From Candidatus Woesearchaeota archaeon (GTDB lineage: Archaea > Nanobdellota > Nanobdellia > Pacearchaeales > GW2011-AR1), in assembly GCA_964527365.1 (NCBI GenBank), contig CAZGQV010000001.1:8828-71364 (forward strand): 62,537 bases of DNA, in the 5' to 3' direction. This document shows, piece after piece, positions 9,486 to 19,797 of this stretch (positions within the stretch are counted from its first letter, which is position 1; every line of letters begins with the position of its first letter). The translations under genes were made by a program, and so were the position numbers. The notes beneath the pieces were generated by a model that was given only the letters and a program-made list of their open reading frames with translations, was not told the origin of the DNA and ran no database searches.

Positions 9486-11774
9486 ATGCAATTTGAAAAA
9501 GGGGCTAAATTATATTCTTATTTAGTTGAGCGAGAAGGGGCAGAGGATATTTTGTATTTTAATTATCAAGGAGCACCATATTCTCCTAGTCTGTCTGATC
9601 ATCCAGAAGTTATGGAAAGAACGGTTGATGCATTAATTGAAAATTCTAATGTGAGTAGAATTATTTTTGTTCAAGAAAAAAATTATAATTATGATTTTAA
9701 GGAGACTAGTTATTTATTAGAAATCGCTTCTTTGTATGTCTATTTAATGAAACAAGAAAAAATTTTATCTCATTCAAAAATTGCAGGGCAAAATGATTCT
9801 CTCTTTTCTAAAAGATATAATGATCTTTTTGGTTTTTTATATTTTTTAAAAAAAGATCCTATTTTGGCTTATTTTGAATTAAAAAAAATATTGATTGAAG
9901 CGAAAATTCTTTTGAATAGGTCAAATGATATTTCTAGAATTGATCAAGGGAATTATGTTAGATTGTTGGAAGGTATTTTTAGTTTAGTTGAAAAAACAAA
10001 ATTAATTCAAGCAGCATTGGCAGATCTCGGGAAATATCACCGAGGGGAGAGAGCAATATATCATAAGTTTTTTCGTGTCGATATAATTCCTAATTTTACT
10101 TTTACAAGGTTGGTTCAAGATTATTCTGCTAATTCAGAAATAATTGACCAATACGAAATTTCAATTAATGAATATGATAAAAGTACAGTTACAATTTTAA
10201 AAAATAAAAATGAATCAAAACTTTTTTATCACATTAATCCTCCTGAAAATTCTCTTTCAGAAGAGTATAATTCTTTGTTGAATTTGGCTCGAGGTGTTTT
10301 AATTGAACACCAACCTAAAGCAGAAGAATTTACAGACACAGATAGGACTAGGCAAGTTTTTTTCAATGTCGCTAAAGATTTGCTTAGAGATTTGGCTAAT
10401 AGTAAAAATTTGAAATTAGATTATTCTAATTTGAATCGTCTTGCAACAATTTTAGTTCGCCATACAATTGGATTTGGATTAATAGAAGTTTTACTTCAAG
10501 ATAAAAAGATTCAAGATATTTCTTTGAATGCACCAATTTCCCAAACACCCATTTACATAAAACATCAAGATTATGATGAATGTTCTTCTAATATTCTGCC
10601 TAGCAAGGAAGACAGTGATTCTTGGGCTGCTAAGTTCAGAATGATTTCTGGTCGACCCCTTGATGAAGCAAATCCTATTTTGGATACTCAATTAGAAATT
10701 GGGCGTCTTAGGGCGAGAATTGCAATAATTCAAAATCCTTTAAGTCCAGATGGTCTTGCTTATTCAATTCGAAGACACAGAGAATCTCCTTGGACTTTAC
10801 CCTTATTTATCGAAAATAAAATGATGAATCCTTTAGCTGCTGGCTTATTAAGTTTTTTAGTGGATGGATCAAGAACGCTTCTTGTTGCTGGAACTCGTTC
10901 ATCAGGTAAAACGTCTTTACTTGGGAGTTTAATGTTAGAAATCAATCCCAAATCCAGAATCATTACTGTGGAAGATTCTTTGGAGCTTCCGATTGAAGCT
11001 TTGAGAAGATTGAAATTTAATGTTTTACGAATGAAAGTTCGTTCTGCATTGCTTAAGAGTGGAGCAGAAGTTTCTGCTGAAGATGGAATTAGAACAAGTT
11101 TGCGTTTAGGAGATTCTGCTTTAATTGTGGGTGAAGTACGTTCTAACGAGGCTGTTGCATTGTATGAAGCTATGAGGGTTGGAGCTCTTGCAAATGTTGT
11201 TGCTGGAACAATTCACGGTGCATCTCCTTATGGTGTATTTGACAGAGTTGTAAATGATTTGAAAGTTCCGGCCACTTCTTTTAAGGCAACAGATATTATT
11301 GCCGTTGCTAATCCAATAAAGTCTGCTGATGGACTACATTCTTGGAGAAGGTTACTTGAATTAACTGAAGTTAGAAAACATTGGACTACTGATCCCCTAG
11401 TGGAGGGGGGTTTTAAGGATTTGATGAAATATGATGTGCTTAAAGATGAACTTGAGGCAACTCCCGATTTGATTAATGGTGATAGTGAGGTCATTAAAGA
11501 TATTGCTTCAAAGGTAAAAGGTTGGGCTGGAAATTGGGAAGCTGTTTATGATAATGTTTTACTTCGTGCGAAAATAAAAAAAGAAATTGTTGATGTTTCC
11601 AAAGTTTTGGGAAAACCAGAAATATTGGAAGCAGAATTTAATACTCTTGCAAATCATGAATTTCATAATATTTCTAATGAGGTTATTCGGGAAATTGGAA
11701 TTCCACTAGGAGAGCAAGTATTTCCACGTTGGCAGCGTTGGCTCAATAATGAAATTAAAAAAATAAAGATTTGA
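9486..11774 (+). CDS. Type II/IV secretion (VirB11/TadA/ArlI-family) pilus assembly ATPase with long N-terminal extension
   Basis: Walker A GTRSSGKT, ITVEDSLEL, LRLGDSALIVGEVR, His box GTIHG. Confidence 0.93.
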   Translation: MQFEKGAKLYSYLVEREGAEDILYFNYQGAPYSPSLSDHPEVMERTVDALIENSNVSRIIFVQEKNYNYDFKETSYLLEIASLYVYLMKQEKILSHSKIAGQNDSLFSKRYNDLFGFLYFLKKDPILAYFELKKILIEAKILLNRSNDISRIDQGNYVRLLEGIFSLVEKTKLIQAALADLGKYHRGERAIYHKFFRVDIIPNFTFTRLVQDYSANSEIIDQYEISINEYDKSTVTILKNKNESKLFYHINPPENSLSEEYNSLLNLARGVLIEHQPKAEEFTDTDRTRQVFFNVAKDLLRDLANSKNLKLDYSNLNRLATILVRHTIGFGLIEVLLQDKKIQDISLNAPISQTPIYIKHQDYDECSSNILPSKEDSDSWAAKFRMISGRPLDEANPILDTQLEIGRLRARIAIIQNPLSPDGLAYSIRRHRESPWTLPLFIENKMMNPLAAGLLSFLVDGSRTLLVAGTRSSGKTSLLGSLMLEINPKSRIITVEDSLELPIEALRRLKFNVLRMKVRSALLKSGAEVSAEDGIRTSLRLGDSALIVGEVRSNEAVALYEAMRVGALANVVAGTIHGASPYGVFDRVVNDLKVPATSFKATDIIAVANPIKSADGLHSWRRLLELTEVRKHWTTDPLVEGGFKDLMKYDVLKDELEATPDLINGDSEVIKDIASKVKGWAGNWEAVYDNVLLRAKIKKEIVDVSKVLGKPEILEAEFNTLANHEFHNISNEVIREIGIPLGEQVFPRWQRWLNNEIKKIKI

Positions 11775-11822
11775 TCCAGCATCACCTCGTTTAGTTATTT
11801 GGGAGTAAATTTAATGAGGCAT

Positions 11823-11861
11823 AAATGGTTGAATGAAGAAGTTAAGAAAATAAAGGTTTGA
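11823..11861 (+). repeat. Diverged second copy of the last 12 codons and stop of the ATPase gene
   Basis: Encodes KWLNEEVKKIKV* versus ATPase end RWLNNEIKKIKI*; same frame, 87 nt downstream. Confidence 0.75.
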
Positions 11862-11942
11862 ATTTTCTTTTTATTGGAGTAATTCATTTATTCTAAACAT
11901 TTATTAATTATTTTTCTTTCTTTTTAATGAAGAGTTGATACA

Positions 11943-14111
11943 ATGGAGTCAAGAAAACCAACGGTTGATGAAATTTTGAAAAAATATGGTGCAAAGATAG
12001 AAGGTCAAATCAAATCTTCTTCGAATGCTCCAGCTGAATATAGCCAATCTTATAAAAAATTTAAACAAGAGCTTTCTAAAGAATATACGGGTTATGAAAA
12101 ATGGTGTCATACCCTTGGAAACACTATTAAATTGAAGCCTTCAGAGAAAGATGAAAAAAGGATAAGAAAATCTTTAGAGACTGCACATGTTGATGTTGAA
12201 CCTTGGCAAGCTTTGGGACTTAGTGTTATGTCTTTTGTTAGTGTGTTTTTTTTAGGATTATTTATTTCTGTTGCAATTGCATTAATTAAAGGAGATTTTG
12301 CAGAATTCCCTTTGTTGTTTTTTTTCCTAACCGTAATTTTTTCAATATTTTTATTTTCTTTTATGAATTCATATCCTGAAAGACTTGGAAATAAATGGAG
12401 ATTGAAAGCTTCTAGTCAAATGGTCCCTGCAATTCTGTATATTGTTGTTTATATGAGACATACTCCAAATTTAGAAAAAGCAATAGCTTTTGCATCAAAA
12501 CATTTGCAATATCCTCTTTCTCTTGATTTTAAGAAAGTTTTTTATGATGTTGAAATTGGAAAATATTCCACAATTAAAGAGAGTCTTGATGTATATTTAG
12601 AAAATTGGAGAGGTTATTCAACAGAATTTATAGAAGCATTTCATTTAATTGAAAGTAGTTTATTTGAACCAGAAGAGGGAAGGAGAATTTCTACTTTGGA
12701 GAAAGGACTTCAAGTTGTTTTGGATGGGGTTTATGATAAAATGCTTAAATTTACTCACACAGTTAGAAGCCCAATTACTAATGTTTATATGTTGGGAGTT
12801 GTTTTACCAACCCTGGGGCTTGCATTAATTCCTTTGGCTTCGGCAATGGTTGGTGGAATGCTTAATTTTATGCACATATTTGTAATTTTCAATTTGATTG
12901 TTCCTTTTTTAGTATTTTATTTAACTGATAAAGTTTTAATGTTGCGTCCAGGGGGACACGGGGAATCAACATATTTGGAACAAAATCCATTGTATAAAAA
13001 GTTTAAAGGAAAAGAGGCTTTTAGGAAAGCTTTTGTTTTAGTTTTACCTTTACTTTTGATTGGAATTCTACCTCTTCTTTTTGGATATACTCCTTTACCT
13101 GAAATGGTTGGATTACAATCTGATTATACTTTTCAAGAATTAGGTTTAACTTTTTTAGGAGATGGGAATTTTTTCGGATATCTTGAAACACCTACTGGAG
13201 AAATTAAAGGACCTTTTGGTCTTGGTGCATTGCTTCTTGGAATGTTCTTTCCTTTGGGAATTGCTTTACTTTTTTCTATTTCTTATAAGGAAAGAACAAA
13301 AGAAATGATTATTGAAAGAAATAAAACAAAAGAGCTTGAAAAAGAATTTAATAATTCATTGTTTCAATTAGGGAATCGTTTAGGAAATGGTGTTCCTCCC
13401 GAACTTGTTTTTGGAAAAGTAGCTCAGTCAAGTAAGGGACTTAGGGCAGGAGATTTTTTTGCTCGTGTTAATTATAATATTCAAAGTATGGGGATGAGTG
13501 TAGATAAAGCAATTTTTGATAAAAATCGGGGAGCAATCAAATCTTATCCGAGCGATTTAATTGCAACATCGATGAGAGTTTTAATTGAATCTTCCAAAAA
13601 AGGATTAAAAATTGCAGCAATTTCTTTGATGAGTATTTCAGAATATGTGAAAAACATAAACAAAATTACAATTAGATTGAAAGATATGCTTGCCGAAATT
13701 TCTAGTGATATGAAAAGTAATATGACCTTTTTAGCTCCATTACTTTCTGGAATTGTGATTGGCCTTGCTGCAATGATTACTGCAATTCTTGGAAAATTAC
13801 AATTGTCTAACTTAGGAGATGCCGGGGGAGCTGGGCTTGGAAATATGGGGAGTCTTTTGAATATTTTTGATTATGCGTCGATGATTCCCCCTTATTTTTT
13901 ACAAATTTCTGTTGGAATTTATCTTGTCCAAATAATTTTTATTTTAACTTCGACATTAGTTTCAATTGATTCTGGGAAAGATGATTTAGAACAGACATAT
14001 AAAACTGGACTTAATTTGAAAAAAGGAATTGGGTTATATTTTGTTACTGCTTTAATTGCTGTTTTGGCTTTGTCAATCTTGAGTTCTGTTGTTTTGGGAA
14101 ATTTGGTTTAA
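11943..14111 (+). CDS. Type IV pilus membrane platform protein (TadB/TadC/GspF/ArlJ-like)
   Basis: Follows the ATPase; multi-TM; LFQLGNRLGNGVPPE and alternating cytoplasmic/TM T2SSF-like blocks. Confidence 0.88.
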   Translation: MESRKPTVDEILKKYGAKIEGQIKSSSNAPAEYSQSYKKFKQELSKEYTGYEKWCHTLGNTIKLKPSEKDEKRIRKSLETAHVDVEPWQALGLSVMSFVSVFFLGLFISVAIALIKGDFAEFPLLFFFLTVIFSIFLFSFMNSYPERLGNKWRLKASSQMVPAILYIVVYMRHTPNLEKAIAFASKHLQYPLSLDFKKVFYDVEIGKYSTIKESLDVYLENWRGYSTEFIEAFHLIESSLFEPEEGRRISTLEKGLQVVLDGVYDKMLKFTHTVRSPITNVYMLGVVLPTLGLALIPLASAMVGGMLNFMHIFVIFNLIVPFLVFYLTDKVLMLRPGGHGESTYLEQNPLYKKFKGKEAFRKAFVLVLPLLLIGILPLLFGYTPLPEMVGLQSDYTFQELGLTFLGDGNFFGYLETPTGEIKGPFGLGALLLGMFFPLGIALLFSISYKERTKEMIIERNKTKELEKEFNNSLFQLGNRLGNGVPPELVFGKVAQSSKGLRAGDFFARVNYNIQSMGMSVDKAIFDKNRGAIKSYPSDLIATSMRVLIESSKKGLKIAAISLMSISEYVKNINKITIRLKDMLAEISSDMKSNMTFLAPLLSGIVIGLAAMITAILGKLQLSNLGDAGGAGLGNMGSLLNIFDYASMIPPYFLQISVGIYLVQIIFILTSTLVSIDSGKDDLEQTYKTGLNLKKGIGLYFVTALIAVLALSILSSVVLGNLV

Positions 14112-14150
14112 GATAATAATATTTAAATAAGATCAAATCTAATTAAGATT

Positions 14151-16670
14151 ATGAAGAGGAGAATTGAGTTTGGGATTGTAATTTTTTCTTTAATGCTAGT
14201 TTTATCATTATCTTTTGTTTCTGCAGGATTTTTTTCTAATATTTTGAATAAATTTACAGGTGAAGTTTCATATGGGGAACCCTTTCTTGCAGAAAAAGTA
14301 ATTTCTAGTTGTGTTGAAACAGATAAGGGATTAGATTATGATAAATTGGGAGTGATTGTTGTTGGAGATAAAAAGAGAGAAGATTTCTGTTTAAATGTGG
14401 GACCAATTAAAGAAGTTCAAACACATATTAATGAATATTTTTGTGATAAAAATGGAGAGATTAGTTTTGAAATTTATAAATGTCCTAATGGCTGTGTTGG
14501 AGGTGTTTGTGTGAATGTTGAAGAAGAAATTGGAGTTTTATTGAATCAGGAGAGTTCTGATTTTGTTTATGGGAAAATATCTTTTTGGTATGGAAAAGTA
14601 AATGTTCATACAGAAAATGAAGTTTGGGTTACAGACCCGGATGGAACAGCAGGAGCTGGAACATTTTCCCAATGGGGTGCAGATGGTTGGTTTGATAGAA
14701 AATTAGAATATTGTCAAAGATTTTGGCCGAATACAGTTGAAGTTCAAGAAGCTGAAAAAGAAAATATTTCAGTTTGGAGAAACCAAGGGAATGTTGGAGG
14801 TCCTTTCACTACGACAAAGAGGACTTATAAATGTGTACAAGAAAATTCAATAAATGCTACTAATAATAATACAGCCAGGTGTGTTGATACGGATGGAGGA
14901 ATAAATTATCTTGTCCAAGGAGTGGCTTCTGGAAGAACTCTTAATAATCCTAAGCTGAATGATTTTAAGGATGTTTGTTTATCTAACCTGTCTGTAGGAG
15001 AGTATTTTTGTGAAAATAACTTTGTAAGGAAGAAAGAATATGGTTGTTATTTGGGGGGAGGATACTGTATGGGGGGTGCTTGTAAAGGGATGATAATAGA
15101 TCATACTAATCAAACAAATGAAACTAGAGTAGATTTAGATAAGAATTTAGAAATTGATTCTCTTTGGCAAGATGATGAAATCGGTTGTGTGGGTGATAAA
15201 TGTTTAGATGCAAATTTGGAGGGAGATTCAAAAACTCCTGCTAAGAAAAAGGTGAAAAAGAAGTTCAGAAAAAGAATTGCTGATTTCTTTAGTGGTATTT
15301 TTGGGAAGCCTGAGAAAGTTGGAGAAACTGATTCAACTAGGGAAATGAATGAAACTGTTTGTACTGATAGCGATGGTGGAATTAATTATGTTGTCCAGGG
15401 AGATGTTTTATTTGGTGAAGTTAATAGTTCTATGTCAAATTATACTGATTATTGTACTGAAGAAACTTCAAAATCTTTGAGAGAATATTATTGTGGTGAG
15501 AAATTTGAAGGAGAATTAATTCCTAGAGAAGTTCTTTTTTCGAATGAATCGGATATAATAAGTTTTCCAGATAGCATTGTTATTGAAGGAAATTATGCCT
15601 ATATTTCTTCTAGAGCTGCGTCTTTTGAAACTAGGTCCATAGTCGTTTTAGATATTTCTGAATCTATGCCTTCTTTTGTAGGAACATATTTTATGTCTGA
15701 TTATTTTGAAGGAGATTATATTCCATCAAGTCTTCTTATTGAAGAGGATTTTCTATATGTTTTAGTTAAAGAATTTGGAAGCTCAGAGGGAGGATTTTTA
15801 ATTTTTAATATTTCGGATCCGAGCAATTTAGTAAATGTCACATATGTTCCTTCTTTTGCACCTTCTGCTCCGAGAGACTTATTTTTAGATGAAAACATTC
15901 TCTATATCTTAAATATGGATGCATCTGGGAATAGTTATATAACTATCTTTGATGTTTTTGATCTTGAAAATCCTTCTTTTTTAGGAATGAACAATGAAAG
16001 TTTTGGAGAAGGAGGCTTGACGGACATTTTTGTTAAAGAAAGTTATGCTTATGTTACAGATTATAACGATGATAGAATTATTTTATATGATGTTTCTAAT
16101 CCGAATAATATAAATTTTATTAAATATTATGAAAATTCTCTTATTAGAAGAGATGGAGTTTTTATTTCAGATAATTACCTTTATGTGCCGATTGTAGAAA
16201 GAAGTACAAATAAACCTGGAATTGAAATAATTGATATTTCGGATCCTCTTAATGAAAAATCTATTTCTGTAGCATATAATCCTTCTCAGATATTTGCGTC
16301 TTCATTTGCTTCTCCCAATATTGTTCTTGATGGGACACTTTCTTATGTTTCTTATTATGACTCCACATCTGATTCTCATTCACATGTGAGTTTATATGAT
16401 GTCTCTATGCCAAGTAATGTTTCTTTTATAACACAAATAGTAGATGAAGAAGGAGTTTACTTAAGAACTCCACAAGATATTGAATTGGGAGAAAATTATT
16501 TATATGTTTTGTCAAATTCTATGGAATATAGTGCTGTGCAAGTTTTGGAATTTATTGGAGAAACCTTTTTACAAGCAGAATTTGATTTTTATTCTTGTCC
16601 AATAAATTGTGATGAAGGAAAGTGCGTTGATTATGTGAGTACTGAATCAAATGGTTCCTTGTCTTATTAA
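14151..16670 (+). CDS. Secreted Cys-rich repeat protein with LVIVD-type beta-propeller
   Basis: Signal peptide; three C-x-D/E-T/S-D-x-G-x-N/D-Y modules; repeated IVIEGNYAYIS/IVVLDIS/IEIIDISDP motifs. Confidence 0.82.
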   Translation: MKRRIEFGIVIFSLMLVLSLSFVSAGFFSNILNKFTGEVSYGEPFLAEKVISSCVETDKGLDYDKLGVIVVGDKKREDFCLNVGPIKEVQTHINEYFCDKNGEISFEIYKCPNGCVGGVCVNVEEEIGVLLNQESSDFVYGKISFWYGKVNVHTENEVWVTDPDGTAGAGTFSQWGADGWFDRKLEYCQRFWPNTVEVQEAEKENISVWRNQGNVGGPFTTTKRTYKCVQENSINATNNNTARCVDTDGGINYLVQGVASGRTLNNPKLNDFKDVCLSNLSVGEYFCENNFVRKKEYGCYLGGGYCMGGACKGMIIDHTNQTNETRVDLDKNLEIDSLWQDDEIGCVGDKCLDANLEGDSKTPAKKKVKKKFRKRIADFFSGIFGKPEKVGETDSTREMNETVCTDSDGGINYVVQGDVLFGEVNSSMSNYTDYCTEETSKSLREYYCGEKFEGELIPREVLFSNESDIISFPDSIVIEGNYAYISSRAASFETRSIVVLDISESMPSFVGTYFMSDYFEGDYIPSSLLIEEDFLYVLVKEFGSSEGGFLIFNISDPSNLVNVTYVPSFAPSAPRDLFLDENILYILNMDASGNSYITIFDVFDLENPSFLGMNNESFGEGGLTDIFVKESYAYVTDYNDDRIILYDVSNPNNINFIKYYENSLIRRDGVFISDNYLYVPIVERSTNKPGIEIIDISDPLNEKSISVAYNPSQIFASSFASPNIVLDGTLSYVSYYDSTSDSHSHVSLYDVSMPSNVSFITQIVDEEGVYLRTPQDIELGENYLYVLSNSMEYSAVQVLEFIGETFLQAEFDFYSCPINCDEGKCVDYVSTESNGSLSY

Positions 16671-16715
16671 AACACTTCTCAAAAGATTTATTAAATAGAT
16701 TTCATTATTTTTATC

Positions 16716-16886
16716 ATGAAGGGGTTAAACATATTTTTTGGAAAAAAAGGAATTGTTTCAGAATATCTTCCATGGATTATAATTGCTGTTGCATTGTTGG
16801 TTATATTGATGTTAACAATTTTTGTTTTGAAGGGGAAAGGAATTGCGATAATAGATAATCTAAAAGATTTGTTTAGATGGAGATAA
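16716..16886 (+). CDS. Small pilin-like protein, 56 aa (not in ORF track)
   Basis: Hand translation MKGLNIFFGKKG/IVSEYLPWIIIAVALLVILMLTIFVLKGKGIAIIDNLKDLFRWR*; class III signal peptide. Confidence 0.8.
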   Translation: MKGLNIFFGKKGIVSEYLPWIIIAVALLVILMLTIFVLKGKGIAIIDNLKDLFRWR

Positions 16887-16887
16887 A

Positions 16888-17046
16888 ATGGCTGAATTAA
16901 CAATAAATCAAATAATAAAATTAATCTTGGGTATTTTAGTAGTTGTGGCAGTTATTGGGGGATTGTATTTTGTTTTTAAAAATAAAATTGGTGGTTTTTT
17001 TACAGATTTACCAACAGACATAAACATTATTCGGAGTTTATTATGA
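16888..17046 (+). CDS. Small pilin-like membrane protein, 52 aa (not in ORF track)
   Basis: Hand translation MAELTINQIIKLILGILVVVAVIGGLYFVFKNKIGGFFTDLPTDINIIRSLL*; starts 1 nt after previous stop and overlaps next start (ATGA). Confidence 0.75.
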   Translation: MAELTINQIIKLILGILVVVAVIGGLYFVFKNKIGGFFTDLPTDINIIRSLL

Positions 17047-17528
17047 TGAGAAAAAAGGGAATGCTTCTTGCTAGCGAAACTTTGAAAATGGTTTTAGCCA
17101 TCATTTCTTTAGGTTTTTTGATTTATCTTTTAACTGCAATTTATTTTTCAAATGTAAATGATAAAAAATTAATTGAAGCAGATTCTGTATTAGAAAGAAT
17201 TTCAAATATTATAGAGCATTCTCTTTTGCCAGAATTTACTAACGAGAAAGTTACTGAAATTACTCCTGCAGGTTGGTATATTTTTAGTTTTACCGAAGGA
17301 GTTAAACCTAATTCTTGTGTTGATTTGAGTTGTTTTTGTATTTGTGATTCTGTTTGGGGGATCCCCCTGGTTGGGAATACACAAGCTGAAGAATGTGATA
17401 AGGATGGTGCTTGTGTAATTATTCAAAATTTGATGGAATTTGATGAAATAGAAATAGGTGAAGCTGATAATCCCACAAGTATTGAAATATTTAAGAATGG
17501 AGATTGGTTGGGGGTAAAGAAAGTATGA
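17043..17528 (+). CDS. Type IV pilin-like protein
   Basis: MMRKKG/MLLASE plus hydrophobic helix; Cys-rich C-domain. Confidence 0.82.
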   Translation: MMRKKGMLLASETLKMVLAIISLGFLIYLLTAIYFSNVNDKKLIEADSVLERISNIIEHSLLPEFTNEKVTEITPAGWYIFSFTEGVKPNSCVDLSCFCICDSVWGIPLVGNTQAEECDKDGACVIIQNLMEFDEIEIGEADNPTSIEIFKNGDWLGVKKV

Positions 17529-17626
17529 ATTTAGATAGCATGATTAAATATCTTTTATGGATTGTTTTATTTGCAGCAGCGCTTTTTGGATTGTATAAAT
17601 TATTTTCAGGGTTAGGAGTAATATAG
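17525..17626 (+). CDS. 33-aa single-TM peptide (not in ORF track)
   Basis: MNLDSMIKYLLWIVLFAAALFGLYKLFSGLGVI*; ATGA overlap upstream, stop abuts next ATG. Confidence 0.65.
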   Translation: MNLDSMIKYLLWIVLFAAALFGLYKLFSGLGVI

Positions 17627-18535
17627 ATGATAAACAAATTTAATAAAAAAGGAGAAATGACAACACAACAAATTGTTGTTTTAATTATTTTAATTGTTAG
17701 TTTTGCTATTTTGTTATTTTTTCTTGTACGACTTGGTTTTGGAAATGAAACTCAAAAAGAAGTTTGCCATAATTCAGTTGTAACTCGAGGGAGTGCAATT
17801 GTTCCAACGGAAGTGACTCCTTTAGATTGTCAAAGACAATATGTTTGTATAACTGCAGATAATAATTGTGATGCTCCTTTAACCAATCCTGTAAAGAAAA
17901 AAGTGAAAAGTAAAGAAGAATTTTATAATGTTTTAGCAATGGAGTTAACTGATTGTTGGTGGATGTTTGGAGAAGGTAAAGTAAATTATGTTGGTAAAGA
18001 TTTAACAGAGAATTTGTATTGTTCTCTTTGTAGTCAGATTGCTTTTGATAGTTCAATTCAGGATTTGATGGGCGCGGGAGTAATTCAAAAAGAAGAATTT
18101 TATAGGCATATGACTTTAACAAATATGACTGGAAGTATTCAAACATATGCAAAATATTTGTTTGGAACAAATAATTTAGAAGAAATTTCTGCAGGGGCTT
18201 CTTTTGGTGAAATTAATTTAGAAGGTCCACAATATTATTCTTTTATGGCAATTACAAGTGATGTTAATACTTTTGGATGGGTTGCAGGAGGGGCTGCAGT
18301 GGTGGGGGCTTTAGCTTTAGCTATTCCAACTGGAGGTTCAAGTTTAGTGGCTTTAGCAATTGTAACTGCGGGAACAACAGTTGGGGGAATTGGGGCTGGA
18401 GCTCTTTCTCAAAAATATGTAGCTTCATTAAAAGAAGGTTCTTCGGGAAGCGATTATCTTTTGCCGTCTTTAGTGGAAGCGGGTTCAGAAGAATTTAAAC
18501 AATTAAATTGTGATTATATTGTGACTAAATCTTAG
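17627..18535 (+). CDS. Type IV pilin-like protein (large, Cys-rich, with Gly/Ala hydrophobic hairpin)
   Basis: NKKG/EMTTQQ plus TM; CHNSV, CWWMFGEG, CSLCS; late GGAAVVGALALAIPTGG segment. Confidence 0.8.
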   Translation: MINKFNKKGEMTTQQIVVLIILIVSFAILLFFLVRLGFGNETQKEVCHNSVVTRGSAIVPTEVTPLDCQRQYVCITADNNCDAPLTNPVKKKVKSKEEFYNVLAMELTDCWWMFGEGKVNYVGKDLTENLYCSLCSQIAFDSSIQDLMGAGVIQKEEFYRHMTLTNMTGSIQTYAKYLFGTNNLEEISAGASFGEINLEGPQYYSFMAITSDVNTFGWVAGGAAVVGALALAIPTGGSSLVALAIVTAGTTVGGIGAGALSQKYVASLKEGSSGSDYLLPSLVEAGSEEFKQLNCDYIVTKS

Positions 18536-18543
18536 GTTAAAAA

Positions 18544-18954
18544 ATGTTAAAGAAAAATAAAAGAGGAGAAATTTTAATTGAGAATATTATTTTCATTATT
18601 TTGAATATTGTTTTTTTAACTATTTTAGTTTTGTTTTTAATTAAACAAGGAACTGGTGTTGTTCTTTTAGAAGATGCTTATGCAAAACAAATTGCGTTGC
18701 TCGTCGATTCAGCGAAACCGGGAATGATTATGCAAATTGATATGGAAAAAGGATTGAAAGTAGCTGAGGAAAAAGGAATATCTTTTGATGAAATAATCAC
18801 AAGAAATAAAAATTATTTGACTGTCAAATTAAGTGAAAAAAGTGGAATCGAATATCCATTTTTTAATGATGTTGAGGTGGATTTTTATTCAGATAAAATA
18901 GGTAATGAACATACAGGAAAATATATTATTATCATTTCTAGGAGGAGTGTATGA
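18544..18954 (+). CDS. Type IV pilin-like protein
   Basis: KNKRG/EILIE plus hydrophobic helix. Confidence 0.82.
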   Translation: MLKKNKRGEILIENIIFIILNIVFLTILVLFLIKQGTGVVLLEDAYAKQIALLVDSAKPGMIMQIDMEKGLKVAEEKGISFDEIITRNKNYLTVKLSEKSGIEYPFFNDVEVDFYSDKIGNEHTGKYIIIISRRSV

Positions 18955-19469
18955 ATAAACGAGGCGGAGATAAATTAATTTCTATTTATTGGTTTATTGT
19001 TTTAACTATTATTGCAGGAGGGGTTGTTGCGATGGTTGGAGTCTTTTATAATTCTCCTTATGATGTTAGGAGTGTTGAAGCCGAAATACTTGCGATGAAT
19101 ATTGCTGATTGTGTTTATCCTGGAGGAACTTTGGACACAAGACTTATTGCCAGTGGATCTTTCAAAGAAGAATTCAGAGATAATTTTATGGATAGATGCA
19201 AATTAAATTTTGAATCTAAACAAGAATTCTATTTCGGGCAATATTATTTTGAAATAAATTTTTATGATTCTCAAAATTTAGATAGGTCGATTTTTAATGT
19301 TTCAGAAGGAAATCAAAATTGGATAGAAGATTGTGGTATTGAAAATATTGGAAAGGAAAAATTAGTAAAATGTAATGAAAAGAAATTTTTTGCGAAGGAT
19401 AACAGTGATAAGGTATATTTTGTAAAGATACTTTCAATTGTGAGGAATACAGAAAAAAATGTTAAATAA
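18951..19469 (+). CDS. Type IV pilin-like protein
   Basis: MNKRG/GDKLISIYWF plus hydrophobic helix. Confidence 0.8.
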   Translation: MNKRGGDKLISIYWFIVLTIIAGGVVAMVGVFYNSPYDVRSVEAEILAMNIADCVYPGGTLDTRLIASGSFKEEFRDNFMDRCKLNFESKQEFYFGQYYFEINFYDSQNLDRSIFNVSEGNQNWIEDCGIENIGKEKLVKCNEKKFFAKDNSDKVYFVKILSIVRNTEKNVK

Positions 19470-19797
19470 ATTTAAACAAGGACAAATTGGAGAAACGACG
19501 ACATGGTTAGTTGCTACAGTTTTAATAGTTGTTATTTTATTATTTTTTATTTTTGGTTCTTCTCTTTTAGCGGGAACAAAAAATCTTAAACCATTCAAGG
19601 AAACATTATTTTCTGATTCAAATTTGGGAGAAGAAGATTTGATTTTGAAAAAATCTGTTATGACATATTATTCCACCCAAGCAGAATCTATCCGAAACAA
19701 GATTAATATCGAATTAATGGAATTAGAAAAAAATGGAGAATTTAATTTGGAATTAGAAGAAACAAAGATTAAAATTAGTGCAGGATTAAATCAATGA
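19459..19797 (+). CDS. Type IV pilin-like protein
   Basis: KFKQG/QIGETTTW plus hydrophobic helix. Confidence 0.8.
   Translation: MLNKFKQGQIGETTTWLVATVLIVVILLFFIFGSSLLAGTKNLKPFKETLFSDSNLGEEDLILKKSVMTYYSTQAESIRNKINIELMELEKNGEFNLELEETKIKISAGLNQ

Noticed and set aside
11772-11861. Genome-wide TGA recoding
   Set aside because: Many genes end at TGA with the next start overlapping (ATGA), and conserved proteins end where expected under the standard code.
9486-14111. ATPase and platform protein as archaellum arlI/arlJ
   Set aside because: No archaellins or arlF/G/H nearby; the pilin set and gene order fit an adhesive pilus.
16691-16903. Minus-strand 70-aa ORF from the track
   Set aside because: Antisense shadow of the plus-strand pilin at 16716-16886.
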